Origin: Podarcis melisellensis
Lineage: Eukaryota
NCBI GenBank assembly: GCA_964234715.1
Contig: OZ174275.1
Length of the DNA: 64,000 nt
Strand: one strand, 5' to 3'
Shown piece by piece: positions 27,044 through 39,730 of this stretch; position 1 is the first letter of the stretch, and each line of letters opens with the position of its first letter. Both the position numbers and the translations under genes were made by a program. Below the pieces are notes generated by a model. The model ran no database searches and was not told the DNA's origin. It was given only the letters and a program-made list of their open reading frames with translations.

Positions 27044-27660
27044 GTAAGTGTACTGAGTGTGGATTGTGCTGCTCAGGGTGCTCAATGGATGGTCAGCCAA
27101 GTTCCTCACAAGTATGTTAGACTCTAAAAACATGGAAACTGCTAAATTCACTGTTGCCCCCACAATTGGCTACAGTTCAGTTTACTTGCAGTCTGCAGAA
27201 GTGATTTAATCCTGAAGTTGGATCGATGAAGGTTTATAACACTTGGTTCCTTTCTGTGAGTCTCTTAGCCATGGAATGGGAGAACAGGAAACAAGCCGAT
27301 ATTCTGTCACTAGTATCTTCCACCAGAAGTCAGGCAATCCCAGAACACAATAGGATCTTATTGGTTTAATGGATTGGGTGTGCCAATAGTACATATCATA
27401 GAGTCTTCATTACCCTAGGAAATAATTTAAACCTTTCTGATATTGCCAGTTTGTGGCCATGATTGAGGTTCCTTATCCAACTTATTAAAGGAAAATGCAG
27501 TTTGGATGAAGATAAAGTGAGAAGTGCATTTGCCGCCACCATCAAACATTGCCTGACAATGACTCAGCTGGGAATCCCATGTTATGTTGTTCGTTCAGTT
27601 TTGAGATGATTCTGCATATCAAACACATGTCGATTCTTTACCCGTGGGCTCTTTTTGCAG

Positions 27661-27976
27661 GAAATATACAAGGATGCGAACACACAGGTTCACACGCTGA
27701 GGAAAATGGTCAAAGAGAAAGAGGAAGCTATTCAACGACAGTCAACGCTGGAGAAGAAGATCCATGAACTGGAGAAGCAAGGGTCCATTAAAATTCAGAA
27801 GAAAGGAGATGGTGATATCAACATTCTTCCTGTTGGGGTGGCTTCTGGGACATTGTCCTCAGGGGCAGAAGCTGCCACCGGCACCTGTGGAGGATCAGCT
27901 TCCGGCTCTGCACCTTCGGTTCTCTTGCCCCCTCCACCACCACCCTTGCCGTTGTCAGAATCAGAATCTGAAGCAG
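27661..27976 (+). CDS. FMNL2: FMNL2 coding exon (coiled coil to start of FH1)
   Basis: ttgcag|GAA...GCAG|gtgaga; [41 protein letters not shown]...[16 protein letters not shown]; phase-1 end matches next exon. Confidence 0.93.
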
Positions 27977-28708
27977 GTGAGAAATGTTGCAGAAGAAATG
28001 AGATTTGCTCAACTTAAGGTAGTGGGGGTTAGCCTATCCCCCACAGTACATCAGGCCATACATGAAAGAGGCTGGGACCCAATCCAGAGAAAGCTGGATG
28101 CAGTGAATCAAGTCACACTTAAGTGTTCACTGGCTATCTAGGCATCTTACCTTAAAAATATTTAATTAGAAATTAATTCCCTCGAAATCAATATGGTCTA
28201 CTCCCAAACTTTATGATTAGACTGTTGTTGAAGTGTGCCAAACTGGCTCTGGATTACACCCTACGTCTTCATCATCATGACAAGTTAGTGAACTTAATAA
28301 TAATAATAAAAAGCAGTGGCAGTAATTGTTATTACTATAAGTAGTAATAGTAGTAATGCTAGTTGTAGTATTAGGTATATGACACAATGCAGAGTAACAT
28401 AAGCATGAAAACAGAGTGATTCCCCTACCCTGAGGAGTTTATCTAATCCTATTCTCAACTTCCATCCTCTTCACTTTTGCTAAACCTGCCATCTTGTGTT
28501 TGAGGTCCATTCTACACACTGCATGATTTGCAAGGGTCTGCAAAATAACATCTATTTGGCAGCTTCTCTATTCTGCAGGCACAATGTATAGCAAAGTTCA
28601 CCATGTGGATTGCCTGTAGTTGAGAGAACTCCCTTGGGGTGTGGGAGGGAGGTGGACATAGTTTGGTTGAATGCTTTAAAATGCTGTTTTGTCTTTTTCA
28701 TTTCTCAG

Positions 28709-28903
28709 TTCAAAATGGTCCTGTGACACCGCCAATGCCTCCTCCCCCTCCCCCGCCTCCTCCCCCTCCTCCCCCACCTCCTCTTCCTGGCCCAGCTGCA
28801 GAACCAGGACTGGCCCCTCCAGTCCCACCCCCACCCCCACCATCAGCGCCTCCTCTTCCAGGAACAGCCTCCCCTACAGTCGTTTTCAACTCAGGATTAG
28901 CAG
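28709..28903 (+). CDS. FMNL2: FMNL2 coding exon (FH1 poly-proline)
   Basis: tctcag|TT...GCAG|gtaaga; (V)[27 protein letters not shown]...[18 protein letters not shown]. Confidence 0.95.
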
Positions 28904-30633
28904 GTAAGAAGCAGACAGTGATGCTGGCATGCCATGGAAGTCCTATACACAATACAAAAAATGTCCTTGGTCAAAGAGGAATGAGTGAGAATGGATGTTA
29001 TGAAAAAGTGCTCCAAAGTCTCCATTGCTTAATGAATCAAGGTGTCCCAGTGCTGCATAACCTTAGCTGCAGCAGTGAATTAAAAGCAAAATAACTTTCT
29101 AAAGCAATGACAAGAGTGATGGCCTATTCTCAGTGAAGGTTTGGGGAGAGGCAATTTTTTTGAAACTAAATCTGTGTGTTGTTTCGCTGCATCTTCTCAA
29201 AGGAGAGATGGTGAGCACCTGATGGAGCCAATACAGAGGTTGAACACATAAGAGATTCCCAGCCCTCCCTCACCATTCTGCAGATTATGAGTAGCTAGCA
29301 TAAAAATGCTTCGATTTTATTAAACGGAGGCTTGATACAGTTGCTACAATCCCTTCATGTTATGTCACTGGTGGTGGAAAAGTGTTAGATGCCTCGTCTC
29401 AAACACTGAATCCAAATCTCCAAATTAGGGCTTCTGAAGATAGGAGGCAGGCATCTCTCAGAAAAGTGTGAGTGGGTTTGCTAAGGAACTGAGTAAGTGA
29501 TTGAATACTCGTTGGTATTTTACACTTTAGGTCATGGAACAATATGATAATTGCAGGCTTAGAAAGCCCAGGTACTCATGCCTAATATATATATATGTTT
29601 AAAAGCAGGTGGCTGGTTCTTTATTTTAAACCTTCTCTGATATCCCTTAAAACAGGCAGAATTTGGATGCCTCTGTGCCATTGAGACATTTATTTGGAAC
29701 AACAGTAGCTTGAAGTAGCCAGGGCTAAAGCACTCAAGTGAATGTGTGTTCCCCCCGCCCCACCTTCCTCTTCCTGCATTGAGTCCAACATCAACAGTTG
29801 CTCATCCTCTGATAGCAGAGGTGAACTTGGAAGATGAGAGATTCAGTTTCTGGTTCTTCAGTGGCATTGCACTGGCTGTGTAGCTCCAGCCTATTCCCCC
29901 TCCCCCTTCAATTTACAACCCTTGGCTTGGTTTTGTCATTAGTCACAACCCTCTATGCAAATCTGATGTTCATTCAGCCTGTTAATACTCTATCTATTGC
30001 CTCACTGCAATTAATACAGTTTCTGTTGACTTGAGCACAATTTGGAAGAATAAAAAAAATCGTGAATCAGGCCGGCCCATTAACATCCCTGGACAAAACT
30101 TCATTAATGAAGAAAGACCCTCAACATAGTTGGAAAACTTAACCCCACGGTTCTGGGTTTGGTCCTGAGGCGGAATCTAGAGTCATTTTTGATGTCTTAT
30201 TGAAAATGACAGCCACTGGGAACTGAAATTAATTCAGAATAGCTGGGTTTTGATCTCCTGCCTGTATATGAAGGGAATATGTTGCAGGGGGGAATCTAAC
30301 AAAATAAAATAAAAAACAGCCTGGCTGGATCATGCCAATGGCCCATGTAGTCCAGCATCCTGTTCTTACAGTGGCCAACCAGATGCCTGTTTGAAGCACA
30401 AAAAAAGAACCTGAATGCCACAGAACTCTCTCCTGTGGTTTCCAGCAACTGGTATTCAGAAGCATACTGCCTCCCACAGTGGAGATAGAACATAGTCCAT
30501 CAGATTAGTAGCCACTGACAGCCTTAGCCTCCCTGAATTTCTCTAGACTTATTTTAAAGGCATCCAAGTTGGTGGCCATCTCTGCTCCTTTTGGGAAACA
30601 TATTGGTGCTTCAGGAAACGAATGCTCCATATA

Positions 30634-30754
30634 CAGTGGTACCGCCGGAGCACCATTTCTGTTCTCATACTGAAGCAACGTTCTTAACCCAAGGTAATAT
30701 TTCTGGGTTAGCAGAGTCTGTAACCTGAATCGTATGTAACCCGAGGTACCACTG
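30634..30754. mobile_element. Tc1/mariner (pogo/Tigger-like) MITE, internally deleted
   Basis: TA|CAGTGGTACC...GGTACCACTG|TA; inverted relative to the 56348 copy. Confidence 0.8.
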
Positions 30755-31255
30755 TATTGGGCTTCAGTAGTTTATTTGTTGGTAAACTAATTCTAGGTTA
30801 TTGGTCTTTATGGCTTTGTTTGCAATCTTCCCATATAAATAAGTTGGGTAAAGTGTAGCTTCCAAATAATACTGTTTATTGCAGAATTAATATGGTACTG
30901 GACCATCCATTAATGGATGCTACCTTTTGTTTGATACTTAAATGAAATCCGTAGAAGGCTTTTGGTGGGCACATGCCTCATCCATTGCTGTTCTGCTACA
31001 CTAAGATAACCTCAAGTAGGAAAATGCAATTTACCTTAATGGGTGATGTTAGGTAAATACCTATTACCATGGGTAGGCTGCCCGGTCCATAAACTCTATA
31101 CGCCTAAGTGCAATTGATTATTTCTATGTAGAAAAATGATAATGTGTGAAGTGGTATTCAGGAGCCCTGATTTGTGATAATAGATTGTTCTATTAAATGA
31201 CCTACATAACCATAGCTAACCTTTTTCTTATTTATTCCCTCTGCTTCCTTGTAAG

Positions 31256-31276
31256 ATGGGCCAATCAAGCTTTTCT
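31256..31276 (+). CDS. FMNL2: Candidate 21-nt alternative microexon of FMNL2 between FH1 and FH2
   Basis: Branch-like GCTAAC 31215-31220, long pyrimidine tract with TGC at 31242, gtaag|ATGGGCCAATCAAGCTTTTCT|gtaggt; phase 1-1 and in frame: GLA-DGPIKLFS-VKIKK. Confidence 0.75.
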
Positions 31277-33239
31277 GTAGGTTCCTTTTTGCTGAGTATT
31301 TTAAGTACATTTTAATCCCATTTTCTGCTGTCTTCTTTTCCTGTCTTGTTAACCAAATCCATTTGTGTATCACTTTAAAAACTAGCTCGCTGTGTTGTTG
31401 CATTCTCCGAAAGCATGGGATGTTTGTTTGACTTGTTGTGGTGCAAAAGCTCTTTTTAGGAGAAAAGGGGTTTCCTAACAACTCTCCGCACCCTTAACAA
31501 GCTATACTTCTTAAGATTGATTGGGGGAAGCCATGACTGTTTAAAGTTGTATCATTGCTGTTTTCTATGTGTGGTGTGTATGTGGCCTTGGTTTTTCCAT
31601 AAAATAGAAACTCTAGGGTATTCTAAGGCACATCATTGCATGCAGCATTGCATCTTATGTTAGAGACTCATCAAGATCAATCACTTGGCTACCTTCAAAC
31701 AGAAATATTCTTAATATACCTTCCCTTCGTGATGTCACCGCACATCCAAACAAGTGCATCTTTTAAGCAAATGAGAAGTAGCTTCAGACCTTTGAGTGGA
31801 TAGTGACATCATCACATAATATCGGGCTCACTGCCTATCAAATTGTAATTTGCAGCTCCAGTTTTGACAGCTGACAAAAGATGTGTGGAAATTTGCTTAA
31901 AATTAGTGGATGAATTTGTGGAATCTATTACAAATGTATCCCCAGTCTGAAACTTTGCACAAGGGTTTTGGTGCATTATAGGGGAAAGAGGGGGGGGGGG
32001 AAAGGATAGATAACAAGATATTTGGGGTGTACACATTCCCAGTCATCATACGTGAACAATAGTGTCCTTTGGGAATGTGAGTTTGCCTGTGGTAAAATTC
32101 ACTAGGTATGCTTTGCTTGACGGTGGACATAACAACTGCATGTTTCCAACTTCACTTTCCTGGCTAAGTAGCTTCTTCAAAACTGGAGGAGTAAGAAGCA
32201 GGGGTTTCTTGACTGTGTGAAGCTTGCAGAAATGTTAACAATTCACTAATTTAGTTTTAAATTCATGCTGTCAAATTGATAAACTGCTTGTCCCACTAAA
32301 TAATAATACACATTGTGGCAAAATAAGCTAGGATTTTCTCTGGCAATACTTGATACTACCATTGTAGCACAGGATTTTATCTACTGTTGCAAAGCACTGT
32401 GCATTGGAATCTGCACTGTGTGTGTGTCCAGTTTCAAACTGGACTTGGTCCTTAATGACATGAAGGTGAGGAAGGAGCTGGTTGAGTTGATTAATTAACC
32501 AAATTGCTTAAAGCTTCAGAACCAATTTAAAACTTCTGCCGCAATTGATGTTTTCAGTGGCAAATGTTCTCTAGAATGTCATTTCCTGAATTTTATGTGC
32601 ATGTCCTCTGAACTTCATGAAGATTAATGCTTACAGTGAATGAGTTACTAATTGCTGGATATTTCCAGCGATGGACATTTAATCAGTCCCCTTGGCTCTT
32701 AGGGTTAGGAAGTTTCTCCACCCCTTAGTAATTAACCTAAATTTTCCTGCTTCAGCTTATTATTCTTTGTCCACCGGTTAATGGGGAAGGCATGTCTTCA
32801 GAGCTGCTTTGGAAAATGTAGTAGACAATCACAATGAGAGATGGTCCAAGAAACAAATAATCCAAGAAATGATTGTGCCGAGACTGAAGAGTGTTCTTTT
32901 ACTGTTTAAAGCAAGCACAGACTCTGGATTCTTTAAATTGCAGCGTAATTTCCCTGGTGGCTGCTGTCAATTCCAATTGCTTATATTCAGCTTAGAGCTT
33001 CTCTTCTTGCATTTCCAAAACACCACTTGCTTGTTTAGGATTGAGGGCTCATCTACCCTTGCCTTTTGCCCTGCACTTTCTAGGCATTTTCCTGGTCTGT
33101 GACTGAGTGCTTCCCCCCACCCTTGCCGCTTTCCTCAGGAAAACCCAATCTTTACTGCTGAATTGGAGCAAGCGGCTATTAGGGTTTTCCATGAAATTGT
33201 TTTCAGTGGTAAAGAATGGGAGTTTGTGGAGGAAGGACC

Positions 33240-33298
33240 AGGAAGGAAGGAAGGAAGGAAGGAAGGAAGGAAGGAAGGAAGGAAGGAAGGAAGGAAGG
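33240..33298. repeat. (GGAA)n microsatellite
   Basis: About 14 units by direct inspection. Confidence 0.95.
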
Positions 33299-35052
33299 GG
33301 GGGAAAACACTCAGACACAGACCTGGAAAGATTGGACCTGTTGCTAGAAATGTGGAGTGCAGCAAAGTGTGGATGAGCCCTGAGTGAGGTTTTCAGCATG
33401 GTTATGGACTTTAAACTGGTCGTCCCAGTGAATCAGTGACACATGATGCAAATGTAACATGCAACAACTTGGACACGTGATTGATTGATTTTCCAAACAG
33501 CCCCAGGGTGTGTTACAAAAAAATAGTATAATTAAAAGCAAATGCAAAACCCAAAACAACCAATGGCAAAACAGCAATCCACGGCAATACTGATCCACTC
33601 AGAAAAAAGGCCTTTGTGAAGAGGTGCATCTTGACCAATCACTGAAAGGCTTGCAGTAATGACACAAGACGTGCCTCAGAGTGGAGTTAATTCCACAACC
33701 TGGGGGCCAACACAGAGAAGGCCCTTTCATGCGCCACTGCCACAAAGAATCATATAATCGTACAGTTGGAAGGGACCCTGTGGATCATCCAGTTCAACCC
33801 CCTGCAATGCAGAAATTTCAACATGTGCCACCCCTCCACCCCCTCCCGGGCCCTGCTTAGCTTTGCAAATGTGCTAGCAGTTTTATTGCTGCATGAACCA
33901 CAGAAGGAGGCAGCACTGCCAACAAGGCCTCCCCTGCTTAACACCTGGGCAAGTTGATGTGGGAGGAGAAGCTCCTTTAGCTGTCGTGACACTGATCATG
34001 CTAAATAAAGGTACAGATCACACATTTGCAATCCTAATCAACAGATGCATGTTTGTGTGTACTCACTTGCTTTTAAAATCCGGAAGGTGTTGTAGGTGCA
34101 ACATATCACAATATTTTCCTGCTGGGAATTGGCAGTCTCCCGGCTCATGTCCATCACTCCATAAATGTGGCTGACACCTGACTTTCACACCTTCTAGATG
34201 CTTTGCAATAAACCTCATCCCTATCTGTTAATTCTCGTGTGGGCATTTGGGCACCACCTTTCATGAGAGAAAAATACCATATACTCACACTTAGTTTCTT
34301 TAATGGAAATGCTGAACCAGAGAAGCCATTGAGCAATCGCTCCAACTTCAAATAAGACAGAAAATGAGCTGCTCACTACAGGAAGGGGAGGAGCTCACAT
34401 CTGGAAAATGATGAGGTTTTCTGCCTCTTAAATGGAGTGAGGCTAGACAGCACTCACCGGGTGGTACCTTAGTGCCCCCTCAGAAACAGCCTTCGGTTGA
34501 GTACCACTGGTGCCTTTTACACATTTAATGGAGACTGGAAACTTGAGTCATGTTTCTATGATTTTTAGGTAAATGTATGGTTATTCTTCCTTAAATAGGC
34601 AACTCCACATGATTTCATCCAATAACCAGGCAATGTTCGTGTGTTGGGTTAATTTTAGTGCGGTCAGAAGAATAATAGTAGACCATCACAGGACGTAGCT
34701 AAAATCACATGGGTAAATAGAGTACAATTTTATAGACTTCCTGTAGTGATTGAATCGTGTGTTCTCATCAAATATAGGGAAAATAGGCACAATTGTACCA
34801 AAACATGCTTGTTCTTGCCAAACTTTTGCATGAATGATAGGCAAACTTCCTGAATTAGAGAGAGAAATTGTCTCTTCTCTTCAAGCTTTCCAGCCAGCCC
34901 AAATTTCCCCCAACACTTTACAGTATTTGTTTAGTTCTTGTCAGGCCTCCTCCAGTGTTGAAGTGCCATCCCCCATAAGTACTTCTGGATTGCTCAAGAG
35001 GTTTGTTGCCTTTTTCTGAAATGTGTAATTGTACTCTCTGCTTTGTTTAAAG

Positions 35053-35177
35053 CTGTGAAAATCAAGAAGCCAATTAAGACAAAGTTCCGCATGCCAGTTT
35101 TTAACTGGGTGGCTCTGAAACCCAATCAGATTAACGGGACAGTCTTCAATGAAATTGATGACGAAAGGATATTGGAG
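35053..35177 (+). CDS. FMNL2: FMNL2 coding exon (start of FH2)
   Basis: ttaaag|CT...GAG|gtatga; (A)[41 protein letters not shown]. Confidence 0.96.
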
Positions 35178-35207
35178 GTATGAGACCTGCAGATTGTGAT
35201 TTGGTGT

Positions 35208-35209
<2 letters not shown>

Positions 35210-35274
<65 letters not shown>

Positions 35275-35291
35275 CTGTCTGTCTGTCTGTG
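35210..35291. repeat. Compound (CT)n(GT)n(CTGT)n microsatellite
   Basis: Direct inspection; starts about 33 nt after an FH2 exon donor. Confidence 0.95.
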
Positions 35292-35377
35292 TTTTGGAAG
35301 TTACTGTATCCTGTTAAAAAGCAGTCATTTTGACCTTGCATCATATGTACTTAAAGAGTTTTAAACACTCCATAGAC

Positions 35378-35513
35378 CAGTGTTTCCCAACCTTGTGCCT
35401 CCAGCTGTTTTTGAACTACAATTCCCATCATCCCTGACCACTGGTCTTGCTAGCTAGGGATGATGGGAGTTGTAGGCCAAAAACATCTGGAGGCACAAGG
35501 TTGGGAAACACTG
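35378..35513. mobile_element. Young palindromic hAT MITE
   Basis: Perfect 27-bp TIR CAGTGTTTCCCAACCTTGTGCCTCCAG; perfect 8-bp TSD CCATAGAC (35370-35377, 35514-35521). Confidence 0.92.
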
Positions 35514-35782
35514 CCATAGACCTCAGTAATCACTCTGTTTGATGGTCTTGTTGACATTAAGGTAACTAGAGTCCTATTCTGCTGTGCTACGTGCAGTATT
35601 TTTGCTATCTTGCGATGGACCAAGAAACTTTGCAGAGCATCAAAGCCTTCTCCTCGTCACACAGTCACCTATCCCTTTCCCAATGCCCCACAGCTTCTAC
35701 ACTTTTCATTAATTGTATTTCCCCTCCCCCCTATTAGACATAGATTTCTAGACTCCTTGTTTCTGTTTGGTTTCTGTCCTAG

Positions 35783-35982
35783 GATTTAAATGTGGATGAA
35801 TTTGAAGAAATATTTAAGACAAAAGCCCAAGGCCCGGCCATTGATCTTTCTTCAAGCAAGCAAATAACTCAAAAGGGATCGAACAAAGTCACGCTATTGG
35901 AAGCAAACAGGGCTAAAAATCTTGCAATCACCTTAAGGAAAGCTGGAAAGACTGCAGATGAGATATGCAAAGCTATTCAGGC
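35783..35982 (+). CDS. FMNL2: FMNL2 coding exon (FH2)
   Basis: tcctag|GAT...GC|gtaagt; [17 protein letters not shown]...[29 protein letters not shown]. Confidence 0.96.
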
Positions 35983-37649
35983 GTAAGTGTAAAGGCCGTT
36001 TTACAAAGGTGGTTTGAGGCACGTTGTATTAATTGGTCAGCAGTATTTCTGCAAGTTGCTTAGATCCAAGGAAGATCCTCTTAATGCTCATATATACAGT
36101 TGATCACCATAAAGCTGTTAAGCTGTGCACCCTTTTCTGGAGTAAGCCTGTTGGATTTTGCTTACTCTGCATATATCACAGCAACACGGGGCAGGATTCA
36201 CCTAATGAATCCAGTCAGTGGAAGCCCTGAACAAAGACTTCTACTTGTGCAATGGGACTCTCCCCCCCCCCATTACACCTCCCCTCCCAAACTGGTCTTG
36301 GGGGTTTGGGAGAACCCCCAGAACAATGTGCATTGTTCATCTGGCAAGCTGAAACGCTTGCTGTGATGGAAGGACTGCCTTTACACAATGTTGAATTCCT
36401 TCCATTATGAGAACTGTAAAAAGCAACTGGTGGTTTTCTGAAAAATGTTGTTCGTATTTTTCATCTATAATTCTTGTCATGCAAGGCTTTCATTTCTAGC
36501 AGCAATTTAAACACTATTGTGAGATAAATATGGTAGCTATTAAAGGAATGGGAAAGGGCTAGGTTACCCTCCCCTCTCCCCTTCACAGTGTTTGAATTGA
36601 GTCCAAGTGTCTTGAATGAAATGCAGACTGGTGTTGTGGTGTTTAGGCTGCGTCTGCAAATACTCAACTGGCAATAATAAAATGATCCAGTAAAACACTT
36701 TTAAAGTACCTGAAAGTCATAATGCTAAAAACACTTCAGTGCAATGGTCATGCTGACAGCCATTCGTTTTTAAAGTCTTGCAGAAGCTGTCTTGCAGGAA
36801 TGTGCTTTGCGTTTCTTTCAGAAGAGTGGAGTGCAGACTGATTTCCTGCAGTAAACCATTCTCTGTGTTTGAGGTTACCACAGTGAAGGCGCTCCTTTCC
36901 CCTGTATCCTCCCACTTCCATTAATGTACAAATTCTCAGCTGAGCTTGCTGGGAGATACTACTGGGCCGTGGGAGTGCTTCCTACAGGAGGAAGCACACA
37001 CCCAAATTAAGGAGCATGAAAGGTCAAAACCAGCATTTTGAAATTCAGTGCAAATGGCACCCGTGTGTAGGCTACAAATCTCAATTAAAGGGCTATGCCT
37101 TTTTTCTGCTCCTATTTACATAAAGTTCATTATGCTTGTTGCAATCGTGTTCTTTTAGCAGCTTTAAAAATACGGTTACTTGGTTTTCAGGGTACTTCCC
37201 AGAGCAATATATAAAAAGCAACCAAGAGAGTTCTCAGTGCAGTCCTAACCATCTATATTCAGAATTTAAAAATCCCAAGTGCCGCTTCACACTTAATATG
37301 GTAATTGCTTGCTGCGATTGTACCTGGCTTACAGTGGTGTTTCCTACAGCAAATACGTAAAATGTCAGTAACTTGTGCATGTCTTTCACTTACCCATATT
37401 CAAGTACTTAGGGACACACATCTATTCACACTTCGCATATTGACTGCCAAAATTGCCAGTGTGAAATAAGTGCGCCCACAGTTAACATGATTATTGCATT
37501 AAGTATGCCTTGTCTGTAGAATTGATTAGTAGCTTTAATAAGATGCATTGATAGAGGAACTCAGTGAAAACAGAGCTCTCTGCCTCTTCCTTCCCTGTAA
37601 ACATCTCTTCTTTTAGATATATATAAATATATATTTTTGCATCGGCCAG

Positions 37650-37884
37650 GTTTGATTTGAAGACTCTACCAGTGGATTTTGTCGAATGCCTGATGAGATT
37701 TTTGCCCACGGAAAACGAAGTGAAAATGTTGCGGCTTTACGAGCGGGAGAGGAAGCCCCTTGAGAACCTCTCAGATGAGGATCGTTTCATGATGCAATTC
37801 AGCAAGATTGAGAGGCTGATGCAAAAGATGACCATCATGGCATTCGTTGGCAATTTTGCAGAAAGCATCCAGATGCTGACTCCA
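37650..37884 (+). CDS. FMNL2: FMNL2 coding exon (FH2)
   Basis: ggccag|G...CCA|gtgagt; [33 protein letters not shown]...[15 protein letters not shown]. Confidence 0.95.
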
Positions 37885-38186
37885 GTGAGTGAGATGGGGA
37901 GATGGTATTCCATGCTGTGGCTTATGCATGTGCTACGTTCCTTTTGGAGCAGTTACTTTAGTCTAGTTGTTTAATGGGCTGAAGTTATCCCCTGCTTGAT
38001 CATAGAATTGTAGAGTTGGAAGGGAACTGTGACTTGGCTCATCCAGTTAGTATTCTGTGAACCTTAATGTCTGACTAAGGCTACACATACACAACCTGTC
38101 CCTCTTGTAGAAGCCAGTGGGTGTCCGTTTTTAGTTCATACTTGGCTTTTACAGATGTTCACATGATTTCTTGTTTTTGCCACTAG

Positions 38187-38255
38187 CAACTTCATGCAAT
38201 AATTGCAGCATCTGTCTCAATAAAGTCATCTCAGAAACTCAAGAAAATCCTAGAG
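38187..38255 (+). CDS. FMNL2: FMNL2 coding exon (FH2), followed by a GC-AG intron
   Basis: cactag|CAA...GAG|gcaagt; QLHAIIAASVSIKSSQKLKKILE. Confidence 0.93.
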
Positions 38256-38449
38256 GCAAGTGTTTATTTTGTTTATTCAATGTTGTTGTTGTTTTAAAAA
38301 AATATTGGTGGTAAGAACACCCCCCCTTAAACAGTGGTCTTTAGGGGGCTATATATTTAAGTTAAAACGACCCCTTTCCTTTTTATTACAGAATTTTATG
38401 TGTTATTAGTTGATGCTTACAATTTTTCCCACCCCTATGATTTCCATAG

Positions 38450-38530
38450 ATAATCTTGGCTCTGGGTAACTATATGAACAGCAGTAAACGAGGAGCTGTT
38501 TATGGATTTAAACTGCAGAGCTTAGATCTG
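38450..38530 (+). CDS. FMNL2: FMNL2 coding exon (FH2 GNYMN motif)
   Basis: ccatag|ATA...CTG|gtaagt; [27 protein letters not shown]. Confidence 0.97.
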
Positions 38531-39600
38531 GTAAGTAAGGGGAAAGCTACCCCTAGTGAACTTGAAAGTAGCTTTGCTTGGAAGATTGTTTGCACATCCC
38601 CATTTATTTGCACAGCCTGTATGAACAACAGTGGTCTAAGCATCCTTTTAGTGTTGTCAATGAGCTAGGGAAGGAATGGAGCCATTGACTTAGATTTCTA
38701 ATGTCATATTGTCAAGACAAAGGTCAATTCCAGTTCCCCATAACTTCATTACTCTCCCCTGGTTTGTTTTCTCACTGTGATTAAACTCTTCCTTACCACT
38801 AGCTGCATTAGGTAGACCCCCTGTACAGATTTGCAATGGCAGAGAAGTCTGTTTAGCACTGCCCTGTCTTTTCTGCCAGTTCTTGTTATGAATCTCTCCA
38901 CTTTCTGGATAATAGCATTGGGCCATTCATAAAAGCAATATGCGATGGACCCTGTTGCTAGGGGTGGCGAATGAATGCCTCTAATGACCTGTAATAAACA
39001 ATAATTACCAGCACTAGGAAAATTCACCAGACAGATTTAATAAGATGACAACCTTAATTGCTTTAATGGCCTATAGTTTACCTGATTCAGATTATTCTTT
39101 TACTTGTGGTCGTCTTCTGACAATATGATGAATTATCATGTTTAAGTAACATAAATAAATTCAAAACTATGGGCAACAATTGCAGGGGTCCTAAAATTCT
39201 TTACCTGTGGTCCTCCAGGTGCTATTGGACCTCAGTTCCCATCAACATGGCGAATGATCAGGGATGATGAGAGTTCTGGTCCAACATCATCTTAAGAGTC
39301 ACATGTTCCCCTCCCCTGACCTGTAACATTCATACAGGGCTATTATATTTTCATTGCATTGCACTTATTTCATTGTATCGTGTGTCTATTTCAGGGTGGC
39401 TAACCAGTGACCCTCCAGATGTTGTGGACTCCAACTCCCATTAGCCCCAGGGGTGGTGGGATTGTAGCTCAGCCACATCTGGAGAGTTATAGCTTTTCCA
39501 CCCTTGGTATATAGGCAGATCATGGGTTGGCTGCTAAGGAAAGTTAACTCAAGGATGTTGAAGCTGAATCTAACATACTTCTTTTGCCTCTTGTTTGCAG

Positions 39601-39730
39601 TTACTAGACACAAAATCGACAGACAGGAAACAAACTCTATTGCACTATATATCAAATGTTGTGAGAGAGAAATATCAGCAAGTATCACTTTTTTACAATG
39701 AGCTTCACTATGTGGAGAAAGCTGCTGCAG
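39601..39730 (+). CDS. FMNL2: FMNL2 coding exon (FH2)
   Basis: ttgcag|TTA...G|gtaaca; [43 protein letters not shown]. Confidence 0.96.

Noticed and set aside
28710-28952. Gly-rich minus-strand ORF
   Set aside because: It is simply the antisense of the FH1 poly-proline exon.
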